Shown: in pieces, positions 1 to 13,987 of the stretch
Layout: the number at the start of each line of letters is the position of its first letter
Numbering within the stretch: the first letter of the stretch is position 1
Assembly: GCA_963921275.4 (NCBI GenBank)
Contig: OZ001293.3
Coordinates: 256,001-320,000, forward strand
Reading direction: 5' to 3'
Length of the DNA: 64,000 nt
Source: an uncultured Hormoscilla sp.
GTDB taxonomy: Bacteria; Cyanobacteriota; Cyanobacteriia; Cyanobacteriales; Desertifilaceae
The notes under the pieces: generated by a model
Database searches by the model: none
Seen by the model: only the letters and a program-made list of their open reading frames with translations
Told to the model about the DNA's origin: nothing
Position numbers and translations under genes: made by a program

Positions 1-1387
1 TTAAGTTGCAACTCGAGCAGTCGGTGTAAAACAAATAAGCAGAACATGCCGAGGAAGAGGAGTCCCAGTAACAAAGCGAATTGTAAGCGATCGAGCCCCA
101 TACTGTCCAGATAGACTTTCTGAGCAAACTGAACATCAGCAGTATATCCCCAAAGATGTTGGAGAACCCAACCCGAGTCTGGTAAAGAAGGCAAGCGGAA
201 AAAGATCCAGGCAGTAAACACCATAGCTTGAGTGAGTGCCCAAGCCAATATTACCCCAGGAAAGCTGTGCCAGAGAGAGTTCGGTCCGGAGATCGCTTCT
301 GTAATCCGATGCACTACCAAAGCCATACCGTGAAGTAGGCCCCAGACAATAAAGCCCCAAGCTGCGCCGTGCCAAATGCCCGCGATCGCCATGACGATCA
401 GTAAATTGAGGCAAGTAGAGGCCAAACCGCGCCGGGAACCGCCGAGAGGGAAATAGAGATAGTTGCGCAACCAATCCCCCAAACTCATGTGCCAGCGCCG
501 CCAGAAATCCGCAATACTGGTACTAAAGTAAGGATAGTCAAAATTTGCGGGCAAATGTAAGCCGAACAAGATGGCACTACCCCGGACAATATCTACATAG
601 CCACTAAAATCCAGATATAGTTGCAAGCCATAGGCCAAGGTAGCCAACCAGAGGTCGCCGCTACCAGCCCGGACCAGATTATCAAAGCATAAAGTGACGA
701 AAATTACTAGTCGATCGGCTACAAGAACTTTTTTGGCCGCCCCAAAGGCGATCGACCACAAAGCTTCGGCCACCAACTGAGCATTAGGAAAGCGCAAACT
801 TGCCCATTAACTAGCGAACTGATGATAGGGAGTAATGGGCCAGAAATGAGTTTAAGAAAGAATAGCTTATAGGCAGCAAAGGGGAGAAACCCCTGAGCTG
901 CCGGGGCCCCCCGATAGACATCAATTAGGTAAGCAATGGACTCAAAGCTAAAGAAACTCAGACCCAAAGGTGCGATCGGATGATCGGCGATCCAGTTTAC
1001 CATTTTTTGGGGAATGGGCGAATCTAGTAGGGGTTGAAGTGATGAGAACAGAAAGGGTAAATATTTGAAGCCCAGCAGTAGCAGCACATTCAATATAATC
1101 CCCAAGATCAGGAGTACCCAGTCCCAGTCTAACTTAGTAAAGGCTGCATTCTTTGACTCCGAAGCAGCACTCTCCCCCGATCCACGATACCCCATCAATC
1201 GTCCTAAGCCAAAATTTATGAATGCGATCGCCAGCAGCAAGGGAACATACTGTACTTGCCAAAAGGCGTAAAAGGCCAAACTAGCAATTAGGACGATCCA
1301 GAGTCGCCAGTTTGGGCGCGGCACAGACCAGTAAATTCCGCCAGCAAGCAGCAAGAACATGCCATAGGCGATCGAAGTCAAGCTCAT
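1..1387 (-). pseudogene. MBOAT family O-acyltransferase (AlgI/DltB-like), frameshifted; runs off window start
   Basis: Motifs PLGLSFFSFESIAYLIDVYRG and KLISGP; frame breaks in C and A runs near 835 and 730; downstream pieces read LQLYLDFSGYVDI and DFWRRWHMSLG in other frames. Confidence 0.85.
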
Positions 1388-1578
1388 AATCAGCAATTCA
1401 AAATTCTCTCATTCAAAATTATTGCATTGGGAAAAGCATCCTCCCCGGTTGGGGTTCGTGCCGAAATCCAACGGTCGGTTGCTGCTATGAGACCCCGCGC
1501 AGGCGGTTGCCAAGCTGTGCAGCCATGCGACAATTGCTTTGTTCATGTAGCCCCACCCTTTAGGGTGGGTGCGGCTAC

Positions 1579-1690
1579 GATGTCCTCCAAGCATCGAAGC
1601 TTTCTCCAGACATCAAGTTCCCAGGAGGCGTCGAGTTTCCCCGAGACATCAAGCTGGACCGGGAACATCGAGCGTGCTTTAGACATCGAA
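1579..1690 (-). repeat. Stack of about six 18-19 nt degenerate arms (YTYGATGT...) of the 45-nt hairpin element
   Basis: Repeated ACATCRAG/ACATCGAA on + strand with period of about 18 nt. Confidence 0.6.
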
Positions 1691-1728
1691 GCCAAAGCGC
1701 CCCTTAATGATAGATATACTCGATCGTG

Positions 1729-1853
1729 GAATAACTGAGTTATTCCTTGGGGTAACTCAGTTATTCCAAGGAATAAATGCTCAGTTCCTGAAGTAACTAT
1801 TTACTTCCTCGAGTAACTGAGTCATTCCCTGGAGCAACTGGGTCATTCCCTGG
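1729..1853. repeat. Degenerate 21-bp tandem repeat (about 6 copies, partly palindromic)
   Basis: Units such as GGAATAACTGAGTTATTCCTT, GAGTAACTGAGTCATTCCCTG, GAGCAACTGGGTCATTCCCTG. Confidence 0.7.
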
Positions 1854-1975
1854 CGGTACAATGCTTTGCTTTGACGTGAAACAATGTTACCAAGGGCGAT
1901 ACGAGTCTCAGGCCGGAACAAGTCCCTCCAAGGCCGGAGTCAAAGTCTCTGCCTTCGCTCTTATCCCAGTCGGCA

Positions 1976-2305
1976 AGCGATCGTGGTGTCCTCCGAAAAA
2001 ATATGCAGCAACTAATCCGACTGTCATCACTTCGGCATTGTTCATTTTTACTTGTGGATCTTCTTTTATATTTAACGCTTTTAGTAGCTCGTCACAAAGA
2101 ACAAAAATTGTTGTAATCATATCTTCCATCATCTACATCCCCCAGCAATTAACTATTATTTTAGTACATTATAACCTATAAACAGCCAACCCGCCGTCTA
2201 GCACAAAAAAAATATAATTTTGTATCAAAAGCTACGAAATATCCCAAATATCTGTAAAGTCTAAGTGGGTAATTCATATTTTTTTTAATAGGTCGCAACT
2301 TAGGT
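1976..2305 (-). mobile_element. Truncated IS982-family element (left end plus first ~52 codons)
   Basis: Near-identical to 35632-35961, including TIR ACCTAAGTTGCGACCTAT; identity stops at ACGATCGCT. Confidence 0.95.
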
Positions 2306-2389
2306 TAGTAATAGCTCCTTCATTCTCTTGTCATCAGAGATAATTCTTCAATTCACAATTTTTCATTCACAATTTTCCATTCACAATTT

Positions 2390-4880
2390 TCAATTCTCCT
2401 TAAGTACATGCCAAGGAATCATCGGGTCATTGGCCAGATGTTCGGAGACAGCAGCAGCGCCATAACGGTTGAGATGACTGGGGTCAGAGAAATATTTATA
2501 TTGACCGCCATCCCACAAGAGAGTTAGATCTCGGAAGATAAATTCTCTGGGCGCAGTCAGACTCTCCATATGCTGGCGAAATTTTTGCTCGTATTTTCTG
2601 CGCACGGGATCTAAATATTCGGCGGTGAGGGGCAGGTTGACGAAAACAACCGGAATATTGTTAACCTTAGTTAACTTTAGCAGAGAATTGAGAGCTTCCC
2701 CTTGGGTGCTGCCTAGATCGAAAGCTTGATAGTCCTGGTCGTATTGGCCAGGGACTCGGGGATGCTTCTGATAGTAACTATCGGGATCGAAGCGCCAGTC
2801 AAAGAGGAGAAAGCCATCTGGCTCTAAAACCCCTGGAATAGTTAATAGTTCAGGTGCTTCTGGGTCTTTTAAGATATCCCGATCGCCCCCTTTTTCCAGC
2901 ATACTAGAAGGTAGGATCTGCTGAAGCTGTTCGCCCAGAAGCAATTTCAGCCGATCGCGTTGAGGATAGAGGGCCGAGGCAGAACCCAGCATCCGATCGA
3001 ACCAGCGATCAATATCTTTGGGGTAGTGCGAGTAGCGCGTCCCCCAGAGGGGGATATCGAAAACATCTTGATAAGGATTTATCAAAGTCATAATAGTTTC
3101 TTCCGAGTCAGCATAAGTAGGGCGGACCAGAGTTCCAGCTACCAGTTGAGAGTAACCCACGGAAGAAGTAATTACTTTATAGGTCATATCTTTCCGACCG
3201 CTATTAAAAGCCCGGGTGCCATCAGCCCAGAGAATTAACTTAGGCAACTGTTCAGTAGTTAAAATCCGGCGGACGATTAAGTCTACCACTTGGGCCGTAG
3301 CACCATTGACACCAAAATTATAAATACTCACATTTTCATAGCCTTGAGACCTGAGAACTTGGCGGAGCGCCTGTGGATCTATACCCCGCAGCCCCCGGGA
3401 ACTCCCCACAATCAGGACATCAGGGGGACCTGATGCCATTAATAACTGATGATATCGTCCCAGATGTTCGTCTAGCAGCGGGTTGATAAAACTGGGGTAA
3501 GGTGAGACAATCTGAGAGGATACTAAGACGGCCTGACCCTCTTCTTCTTGACCAATTACCGCAGCTGGAAGCAGGATATTCCCCAGTACCAAATCAATTT
3601 GTAAAGTCAGCAGCAATCCCAAAGCCATCCAAACTATTGTACTTAAAAATTCGCTAATTACAATAAACAGTTGCGATCGCCTTTCTCTGGGCACGACCGT
3701 TGCCCTGGACAACTCCATTCTGGGAACAAACAAGCCCGATCGGATCAGAGATTGCTTGATTACCAGCACTAGCTTACCAGAAATGCGGTCTGAAGCCAGG
3801 GACAAATCCAAACTATCCGAGAGCAGCTCTTCTTCTACCTCCGGTGACTCCGGAATCAACTTAGAAGTAGGAGCTGGTGGCACTGGTTGGCGGCGGATAA
3901 AATCAAGGCCATAGTTCCAAGTAGGATACCTTTGACCAGACATGCGCCCATAAACCCTGACCCCAGCAATTTGCGGGATTTTCTGCATGGATGCCTTGAG
4001 GGCGCAAAGATGTCAACAGATCGGCAATCTTGTAGCTGACCAATTTTTGGTCAGGCGTTGTGGGGGCCTGACCGAACAGGTGCAGAGTTGATTCCTTACC
4101 AATCCCAGAAACTGTGACTCCTGAGGACGCTAAACTTGAATTCAGCAGTCGCGCGATCGCGGGCACATCCCCCCATCGTCCCCATGCTCGCAGCATGACT
4201 TCCGAAGGAGTCAGATCCACAATCAGGGTCCAGTTTGCGGTCGCCTCACCCCTAACCAAACTTCTGACGATCGCATCTTGAAAACCCCTTAAATTTAAGT
4301 CTCGCAACTGCCGGGCAATAGTCAGTCCCAGCAAAGACGAGTCCAGACTGTAACTAGAAAAGCAAGAGATATACAGACGCCAGTAAGACCCCGAAGTCTT
4401 GCCAATAGCCTTGCTCTGCACCTTTACCCCCACCCCTAAAGGACTGAAGGTTTCGCTCAAATAACGAGCGATCGCCTGCAGATCTCCCTGGCTGGCCAAA
4501 GTCCAGCTCCATATCAGGGCCCCCTTATCCCTTAGCGATAAATCTGCGGTTTCCCGGTCTAACTGGTCCAGGGCGATCGTCTCCGTCCATTTTGGGTAGC
4601 GCAGACCAACTTGACGACCGTAGACCCGCACCTTGTAGACCGGAGCTTGGTAGGCACTATCCAACCACGTCTCCAGATTAGTCGCGATCTCCGACTTGAG
4701 AGCAGGTAATATCGCCTCTGGATCGGGACAGATAGACGCCTCGCACAGAATATGTAAATCATTCCCCCGCCGACGCACTCTTACTCGTCCCCCCCTCAGG
4801 CCGATCATCTCAGATATCCAAGCTTGTAAGTCCAACCGACTGCCACAGGGACCCTTCTTGATTTTTAACACCATTGTCAA
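2390..4880 (-). pseudogene. DUF1574 / SGNH-like cyanobacterial protein split into two overlapping ORFs
   Basis: C-part has VLIVGSSR, YNFGVNGATAQ and FSDPSHLN motifs; N-part 3903-4880 shifts frame after PQGIHA near 3988. Confidence 0.75.
3011..3061 (-). repeat. 45-nt hairpin element variant (51 nt), in frame in DUF1574
   Basis: TTCGATATC...GCGC-TACTC-GCACTA...GATATT; removal restores in-frame YQDV|DRWF. Confidence 0.75.
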
Positions 4881-4976
4881 TTGTCAGTTGTCAGCGAGTT
4901 GACATAAGCCAAAGCCCACCGGTACGATCGTGATTAAATCTAAATCCACAGTGTCATATCAAGATCTCAGACAATC

Positions 4977-5270
4977 ATGCCAGAGCCATCAAGAACCATA
5001 GCCCAAACCCAGCCATTTACTGCCTCATCCAGCCTAGTTGCGTCCGAAATCTTATTAAGTCTCGCCCTACCGACCGTGCTTTTCAGCTTAGCCTGCGCCC
5101 GTACCCTTGAGGAAACGATCAGAAGTCTCGGCCTCGCCAGCGAAGAAATTTTCCGGGGCGTGAGCCTGCCCCTACTCACCGGCGGACAGCCTGGGAAGGA
5201 AAAACCCAGCAAAAAGTTAACAGCGAACAGACAGGAGTCGCCAACCCACTCTCTGCCCAGATCCCAATAG
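4977..5270 (+). CDS. Conserved small cyanobacterial hypothetical protein
   Basis: Hydrophobic segment followed by LGLASEEIFRG motif. Confidence 0.6.
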   Translation: MPEPSRTIAQTQPFTASSSLVASEILLSLALPTVLFSLACARTLEETIRSLGLASEEIFRGVSLPLLTGGQPGKEKPSKKLTANRQESPTHSLPRSQ

Positions 5271-5620
5271 GATCGGTAGAGGGATATTTTTAGCCAATCG
5301 CTGCCCAAAAGAAAATTATCCCATATAATCATAGATAATTGTACACTACAGAATTCCGACCTCTCCCACTCCGACTTCCGCACTGCGATCATCAAAACTC
5401 CACCGCGCTTCGTGAGGGAAAAATTACCAAACTGTCAGGACAGGAGGTAAAATATTAGCGTAAAAACTGGCAAAAGTTAAGAAAAGACCCGCAAAGCAAT
5501 TGAGAAATGGAAAAAAAGATGAAATTCGGGGCAGAACAGAAGCAGGGGAACTATGAAAAAGATTGAACAGAAGTATAGGTAATCAGATGAATATAATAGT
5601 AGGAGCAGGAAAAAAAACTT

Positions 5621-8600
5621 ATGAATTCAGCAGTCTATAATCAAGAGATTAGCACCGGCATGGAGAAAGTAGCAGCCATCAAGGACAGCGTCGCAGCTAG
5701 AGAATCGGAAGAAATGACAGGGAATTGGAAATCAGAGGTATTGCTGCGCCATCGCCTGAAAGTGGTGGAAAAATTGTGGGAGTCAGTGTTAGAGCAAGAG
5801 TGCGGTCAAAAATTGGTAAACTTGCTGGCATCAATGCGTACCATGAGTTCTCCGGAAGGACAGGCACCGACAAATTTATTCAAGGACGAGGGAAAAATAG
5901 ACTCCCAAGAGCAACATCTGATAGAAAATCTTGACTTCAACGCCGCCATCCGGGCGACGCGAAGTTTTGCCCTTTACTTCCAATTGATAAATATAGTAGA
6001 ACAGCATTACACCCAGCGAGGGCAAGAGCAACAGTATCAGGCAGAAATTGTCAAGGAACTATATAATGAAATAAACTCAGGTAATAGCAGCAAGAAAACC
6101 GGGACAACATCCGAAGGAGAAAAAGCAGGCACGAGTACCTTCGAGGCAAAGCCACTGGAAAAGAGCATATCAGATTCAGTTAGGATGAATTCGATGCACT
6201 CGGGTGAAGAGTCCCTGGGGCGCGCTAAAAGCACTACCCCCGAAACACCTCGCGCTAAAAGCACTACCCCGAATGCATCGAGGCGAGATTTACGCAATTT
6301 TCAGGCACTGTTGCCGAAATTGCAGGAGTTGAACGTGCCACCGGGTAAGATCCAGAATTTGATTGACACATTGGATATCCGGTTAGTATTCACAGCACAT
6401 CCGACAGAAATAGTCCGCCACACGATCCGGGATAAGCAGCGCCGGATCGCGAAAATTTTACAACGCTTGGATGAGTTAGAAGAAGAGACGATCGATCGAT
6501 GTCCCCCGGGTAGTGCATTTAGCGCTCCCGGGGAACAGCGAAGCCCAGATGGCCAGATAGCGGTAATGACATCGGGGAAGACTTGGGAAGCAAAAGAGCT
6601 AGTGGCACAGCTGACAGAAGAAATTCGCTTGTGGTGGCGCACAGATGAGTTACATCAGTTCAAGCCGACAGTCCTAGATGAAGTAGACTATACCCTGCAT
6701 TACTTCCAGGAAGTGCTATTTGACGTGATTCCCCAGCTATATCAAAGGTTTAAGTTGGCATTAGCGGAGACATTTCCTTACCTGGAACCCCCCAAGTATA
6801 ACTTCTGCAAATTTGGATCCTGGGTGGGGTCAGACAGAGATGGCAACCCGTCGGTGACCCCAGAAGTAACCTGGCAAACAGCATCCTATCAGCGGGAGCT
6901 AGTGCTGGACAAATATATTCAGTCCTTGCGGCAATTGATTAACATATTGAGTCTGTCCCAGCATTGGAGCGATGTGTTACCAGAACTGTTGGAGTCCTTG
7001 GAACAAGACCATCAGCGCTTGCCAGAGGTATACGAGCAACTGGCGATTCGCTATCGGCAAGAACCCTATCGCTTAAAGCTCTCTTATATCCTCAAGCGAT
7101 TGGAAAATACCCAAAAACGCAATAGGCAGAAACAGACTCGAACTAGCAGCTTGGGAAAACACACTATCGCGTCACAACCGCCGTCGGAAAAATCAGCTAG
7201 GGAAGAAATCTATAAAAATGCACAAGAGTTTCTAGCGGAGTTGCAGCTGATTGCCCGATCGCTGGGTGAGACAAAATTGAATTGTCGCCAGCTAGAGAAC
7301 CTGATCTGCCAGGTGGAAATACATGGATTCAACTTAGCCCACCTGGATATTCGTCAGGAGAGTTCGCGCCACAGTGCGACTCTGAACGAGGTAGCAGAAT
7401 ACATACAAGCTTTGCCCCGTCCCTACGAGGAACTCTCAGAACAGGAACGAGTGAATTGGTTGGTGAAGGAACTGCAAACCCTCCGACCATTAATCCCCGC
7501 CGAACTGCCTTTCTCAGAAAAAACTAGCGAAACGATAGAAACGGTGCGGATGCTGCGGCAATTGCAAAAGGAGTTTGGCAAGGAAATCTGCCAAACCTAC
7601 ATCATCAGCATGAGCAATGATGTGAGTGACATCCTGGAGGTGTTACTATTAGCGAAGGAAGCAGGCTTGTATGACCCAGCCACAGGCATCAGCAGCATCC
7701 AAGTGGTGCCCCTATTTGAAACGGTGGAAGATTTAAAGAATGCACCAGTAATCATGAGAGATCTGTTCAATCTGCCCTTCTATCTGGCGGCGATCGCAGG
7801 AGGCTATTCAGCATTAAAAGGGGAAAACTCCGTTGTGGTGCAAGAGGTGATGTTGGGCTATTCGGACAGTAATAAGGATTCCGGCTTCTTAAGCAGCAAC
7901 TGGGAAATCCATAAGGCCCAGAAAGCCCTGCAAGATGTGGCAGACGAGTACGGGGTAGCCTTACGGATATTTCACGGGCGCGGCGGTTCTGTAGGTCGGG
8001 GGGGCGGGCCAGCCTACGAGGCAATTCTAGCTCAACCGGGTCGCAGCATCTCGGGGCGGATTAAAATCACGGAACAGGGGGAAGTGTTAGCCTCAAAATA
8101 CTCCTTGCCCCAGTTGGCATTATACAACCTGGAAAATATTGCCTCGGCGGTGGTGCAAGCTAGCTTGCTGGGGAGTGGGTTCGATGATATTGGACCCTGG
8201 AACGAAATTATGGAAGAATTGGCCACAAAGGCCCGATCGCATTACCGGGCCTTGATCTACGAAGAGCCAGATTTTATCGACTTCTTCCATCACATCACGC
8301 CAATTCAAGAAATCAGCCAACTGCAAATCTCATCTCGTCCCGCCCGTCGTAGTGGGGGCGCGAAGAAGGGTTTATCGAGTCTGCGGGCGATCCCCTGGGT
8401 GTTTAGCTGGACTCAAGCCCGCTATCTGCTGCCCAGTTGGTATGGTGTGGGCACGGCCTTGCAAGACTTTTTGCAACAGTCTCCAGAGGGACATTTGAAG
8501 TTACTCAGCTGTTTCTATGATAAATGGCCATTTTTCAAAATGGCGATCTCTAAAGTGGAGATGACCTTGGCAAAGGTGGACATGCAAATTGCTGCATATT

Positions 8601-8938
8601 ACCTGCGGGAATTATCCCCACCAGCAGATTTGCCTCGCTTTGAACGGTTGTTTGAACAAATATTAGGGGAATATCATCTCACCCGAGATTTGGTGTTGAA
8701 AATTACAGGTCACGAACGGCTGTTGGATGGAGACCCCGGACTCCAGCGATCGGTGCAGTTGCGGAATGGGACGATCGTGCCCCTAGGATTATTGCAGGTT
8801 TCCCTGCTGAAGCGCCTGCGCCAGCATCAAAATACCGCCAGCAAGGGAGTGATTTCCCGTTATAGCAAGTCGGAGTTGCTGCGGGGGGCCTTGTTGACTA
8901 TTAATGGCATCGCCGCAGGGATGCGGAATACCGGTTGA
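5621..8938 (+). CDS. ppc: Phosphoenolpyruvate carboxylase
   Basis: [44 protein letters not shown]-terminal GMRNTG. Confidence 0.98.
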   Translation: MNSAVYNQEISTGMEKVAAIKDSVAARESEEMTGNWKSEVLLRHRLKVVEKLWESVLEQECGQKLVNLLASMRTMSSPEGQAPTNLFKDEGKIDSQEQHLIENLDFNAAIRATRSFALYFQLINIVEQHYTQRGQEQQYQAEIVKELYNEINSGNSSKKTGTTSEGEKAGTSTFEAKPLEKSISDSVRMNSMHSGEESLGRAKSTTPETPRAKSTTPNASRRDLRNFQALLPKLQELNVPPGKIQNLIDTLDIRLVFTAHPTEIVRHTIRDKQRRIAKILQRLDELEEETIDRCPPGSAFSAPGEQRSPDGQIAVMTSGKTWEAKELVAQLTEEIRLWWRTDELHQFKPTVLDEVDYTLHYFQEVLFDVIPQLYQRFKLALAETFPYLEPPKYNFCKFGSWVGSDRDGNPSVTPEVTWQTASYQRELVLDKYIQSLRQLINILSLSQHWSDVLPELLESLEQDHQRLPEVYEQLAIRYRQEPYRLKLSYILKRLENTQKRNRQKQTRTSSLGKHTIASQPPSEKSAREEIYKNAQEFLAELQLIARSLGETKLNCRQLENLICQVEIHGFNLAHLDIRQESSRHSATLNEVAEYIQALPRPYEELSEQERVNWLVKELQTLRPLIPAELPFSEKTSETIETVRMLRQLQKEFGKEICQTYIISMSNDVSDILEVLLLAKEAGLYDPATGISSIQVVPLFETVEDLKNAPVIMRDLFNLPFYLAAIAGGYSALKGENSVVVQEVMLGYSDSNKDSGFLSSNWEIHKAQKALQDVADEYGVALRIFHGRGGSVGRGGGPAYEAILAQPGRSISGRIKITEQGEVLASKYSLPQLALYNLENIASAVVQASLLGSGFDDIGPWNEIMEELATKARSHYRALIYEEPDFIDFFHHITPIQEISQLQISSRPARRSGGAKKGLSSLRAIPWVFSWTQARYLLPSWYGVGTALQDFLQQSPEGHLKLLSCFYDKWPFFKMAISKVEMTLAKVDMQIAAYYLRELSPPADLPRFERLFEQILGEYHLTRDLVLKITGHERLLDGDPGLQRSVQLRNGTIVPLGLLQVSLLKRLRQHQNTASKGVISRYSKSELLRGALLTINGIAAGMRNTG
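6190..6279 (+). repeat. Two nested 45-nt hairpin elements (90 nt) in frame inside ppc
   Basis: Outer TTCGATGCAC...GAATGCATC; core CGCGCTAAAAGCACTACCCC occurs twice; encodes duplicated RAKSTTP. Confidence 0.8.
6498..6542 (-). repeat. 45-nt hairpin element in frame inside ppc
   Basis: + strand GATGTCCCCCGGGTAGTGCATTTAGCGCTCCCGGGGAACAGCGAA; removal gives GATC|GC. Confidence 0.85.
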
Positions 8939-9138
8939 CGCGATCTATTGCTGGGTTCATTGTTTATAGCTATAGTTATGAACAATGAACCATTAACCAT
9001 CGGAACGGCACCCTGTAGAGAAGCTGCGACGTGGCCGGTAGGTGGCGAAGCTCTATATCCGTTGCCCTCACCTAACCGGTACAGACCAGCAGATGAAAAC
9101 GCCCTATTATATTAAATCAGTCCATGAACTTAAATCTC

Positions 9139-10470
<1,332 letters not shown>

Positions 10471-10478
10471 GTCGGAGT

Positions 10479-11058
10479 GTGGGGCAAACTGCCAAAATCC
10501 AGTTGCAGCCAGCCCAGAATGCTGCGGGATATCCCCTGTTGCCCGATGAAAACTCGAAAGTAAGTGCGGAAGATTTCCAGGTGTTGTCAACTTCTGTAGA
10601 CATAGACCTGGATTCACTGCCGATCGTGAAAAAAGTGCTGGAAACAGGAGAACCACTCAGGGGTGTAGAGTGCGAATACGATGTCTCTCGGGTAGTGCGG
10701 TTAGCGCTCTCGGGAGACATCGAGCGACCGAGGGACACAGCCCGCCCAGGGTTTCAGGCGCTAAAATCATTACTTGTGACTCACTACCGAAAAACTGACC
10801 TTCCGACGTTCTTCTCCGAAGAATCCGGGAATTTTTGATATTTTGACCCGCAGCATGGTGATTTCCAGCGTCCGGAAATTAGCGTCAATCAGGCAAGAGA
10901 TCGATCTGCTGCTGGAACCGCCAGTCACGCAATTCGGCAGGACGCAGTTTGACGCGATGGATAAAATGATGCAAATAGGGTATGACTATGCGTATCCTTT
11001 GTTAAAGGAGTTTAAAGAGAACGATCTATGCGATGAGCGGCTCATACATTTATTCTGA
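10479..11058 (+). pseudogene. Fragments, the last resembling a patatin/NTE-like phospholipase C-terminus
   Basis: DLLLEPPVTQFGRTQFDAMDKMMQIGYDYA; broken frame; no N-terminus. Confidence 0.5.
10680..10724 (-). repeat. 45-nt hairpin element
   Basis: + strand GATGTCTCTCGGGTAGTGCGGTTAGCGCTCTCGGGAGACATCGAG. Confidence 0.85.
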
Positions 11059-11152
11059 AATCCATAAAGTTTGGCGCGTGTCTCTTTACTTTCGTCCCAG
11101 CAGCATTATTTCATAAATGTATGTCGGAATTTCAATTCCGACGTCCTGAACT

Positions 11153-11187
11153 TTGCTCGTTCCCACGCTCAGCGTGGGAACGAGCAA
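11153..11187. repeat. REP-like perfect palindrome
   Basis: TTGCTCGTTCCCACGC-TCA-GCGTGGGAACGAGCAA. Confidence 0.8.
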
Positions 11188-11194
11188 ACCGAGT

Positions 11195-11620
11195 GACGTG
11201 ATGATGCTAGAGGATATTAGCATCGAAACAGGTCTGTTGAACCATCCCAATGGAGCCATGGGATATCGCATTACCTGGGGCGGACACTCAGTTGTTTACT
11301 GCACTGATACAGAACATTACTTCGATCGCCTGGATGAAGATGTGCTACACCTGGCCCGTAACGCCGATGTCTTGATTTATGATGCCATGTACACGGATGA
11401 GGAATATCATAACCCCAAAGCTCCCAAGGTGGGATGGGGGCATTCCACTTGGCAGGAAGGGGTGAAAGTGGCCAAGGCGGCGGGGGTGAAGGAACTGGTG
11501 ATTTTCCATCACGAACCCAACCATAATGATGATATCCTCGATCGGATCGCTGCACAAGTCAAAGTGGCTTTTCCCCATGCTGTACTTGCCCGAGAAGGGA
11601 TGATTCTGCCAGTAAATTGA
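11195..11620 (+). pseudogene. MBL-fold metallo-hydrolase (RNase Z/BN-like), C-terminal half only
   Basis: LNHPNGAMGYR, YCTDTEH, LIYDAMY, GWGHST, IFHHEP; HxHxDH N-terminal half absent. Confidence 0.8.
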
Positions 11621-11746
11621 GAATTGTAAATTGAGAATTGTAAATTGAGAATTATTTATACTCCCAAAGGGATCGACTTGCGCTTAAAGGCAATTGAATG
11701 ACATTACTGCCCTCTTAACCGCAGTTTATGACCGTTTGGAGTATAT

Positions 11747-13987
11747 GTGCGATTCGTTTAGTGTAAACCACCGGCGATCCTGCTGGCGGGGGACCACTAG
11801 CAGGGTTTCATTAGCCCTGACAACTTACAGATGATGGTGGTGAAAGTCCACCCCTCCAGGTGCAGGAGTGACAGCACTTCCCCTACGGTAGAGATGGCAT
11901 CAATCCGTGAAGCGGGGATGAAAGGCGCTCTAACTGGCAGCCTACACCGGTTATCGCCGAGCAAGTAGCCATGATGAGCATAAAGCGAAGGTTTGCAGCG
12001 TCGTGACGAACAACCAGTGAAATAAGGCTGACACACTGGCCCAAAAGGGAAAGGATAATGGTCACTGGCGGATATATTCCTGACCAGTAAGCACTGACAA
12101 TAAACCCGGCGTAAGGAACCCATCTAAAGTTACAAATAATCATCGGTAGGAACGAAGTAAACCAGGTATACACTCTCTACCACCGGTCGATAGGTAAAGT
12201 AGCCACCAAAGGCGTAACCTCTGTTTTCATCAGACAGGTCATACCTGGGAAAGATTTCGTGGAGAAGCAAACGCCTGCCCGTAATGAGCAGGATACGCTG
12301 ACGCCCTCACGGTAATGTCAAATGTCAAGCGGTGAGTAGCAAATGATACGTCATAGGCACGGCACTGAGCCGATGAATGAATGGAAGGATATCCCCTGGC
12401 GAAAGCTAGAGCGGGTAGTCTTTAAGCTGCAAAAGCGGATTTACAGAGCGGCACAACGTGGCGATAAGCGAATGGTTCGCAGACTCCAGAGGTTATTGGC
12501 AAGCTCCCAGGCCGCAAAAAAGCTAGCGGTACGTCAGGTAACACAAGATAACCAGGGAAAGAAGACCGCCGGTGTGGACGGTGTGAAAGCACTGACCCCA
12601 AAGCAACGATTGGAACTGGTAGGACAAATAGGAATCTTGGGAAGGGCAAAACCCGCACGACGGGTATGGATACCTAAACCAGGAAGAACAGAAAAACGTC
12701 CATTGGGAATACCAACGATACACGACCGCGCGACACAAGGGCTGCTGAAGATAGTACTAGAGCCCGAATGGGAAGCATACTTTGAGTGCAACTCATACGG
12801 ATTCAGGCCAGGGAGAGGATGCCACGACGCGATCGAAGCAATAATCACCAGCATCAACCAAAAACCCAAATGGGTATTAGATGCGGACATTGCGAAATGC
12901 TTCGATAGAATCAACCACAGAGCGCTAATGGAAAAACTGAATACAACATCACCAATCCGTAAACAAATACGGGCATGGCTAAAAGCCGGAGTGATAGACA
13001 AAGGATACTGGCACCCCACTGATGAGGGCACCCCCCAAGGTGGAGTGATATCGCCATTACTGGCCAACATAGCCTTACACGGGCTTGAGGAAAGGATAAT
13101 GGAAATGGCAAAAACACAAAGAGAAAAGCAAAGGTTGACAGTAGTCAGATATGCAGATGACTTTGTGGTAATGCACAACGACAAGGAAAAGGTGGAAGAA
13201 GCGCAAAAGGTTGTAGCGGAGTGGTTAAAGGGGGTTGGACTAGAGCTAAAACCAGAAAAAACCCGAATAAGTCATACGCTATACGGAGAAAAACTGGGGT
13301 TCGATTTCCTGGGAATCAACGTAAGACAATATGAGGTAAGTAAAAACAGAAGCGGGAAAAATCCACACGGTAAAGCCCTAGGTTTCAAAACCTTGACAAG
13401 GCCAAGTGACAAGTCCATAAAGAAGCATAAAGAAAGGCTGTCGGAAGTGATAGCCAGCCATAAAGCGGCACCCCAAGAAGCGCTAATAGGAAAGCTCAAC
13501 CCAATAATACGGGGATGGGCGAATTACTTCAGAACGGGGGCAAGCAAGGAGACCTACTCCGAAATGGACAACTACTTATGGAACACCCTATGGCAGTGGG
13601 CAAAAAGAAGACACCCGAACAAATCCGGGAACTGGATAGCCAAAAAGTACTGGTTGAACAACCAAGCGAAAGAATGGCGATTCGGGAACGGAGAAATCAA
13701 ACTAATGAAACACACAAGTGTGAAAATAGTAAGACATGTAAAGGTGAAAGGAAAAGCGAGCCCATACGACGGGAACCTCACATACTGGAGTACCAGACTA
13801 GGCAGAAACCCAGAAATACCTAACAGAGTGGCAAAGTTGCTCAAAAGGCAAAAGGGAAAATGCCAGCAATGCGGGCTTACATTTAAGGACGGAGACAAGT
13901 GGGAAGTTGACCATGTCAAACCTCTAACACTAGGAGGCAAAGACCAATACGACAACCTACAACTACTACACAAACATTGCCACAACC
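11747..13987 (+). mobile_element. ORF-containing group II intron lacking DV/DVI (3' truncated)
   Basis: GTGCG start; putative EBS1 ATATAT (12072-77) pairs with upstream GTATAT; RT ORF follows; abrupt junction to ribokinase sequence. Confidence 0.9.
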
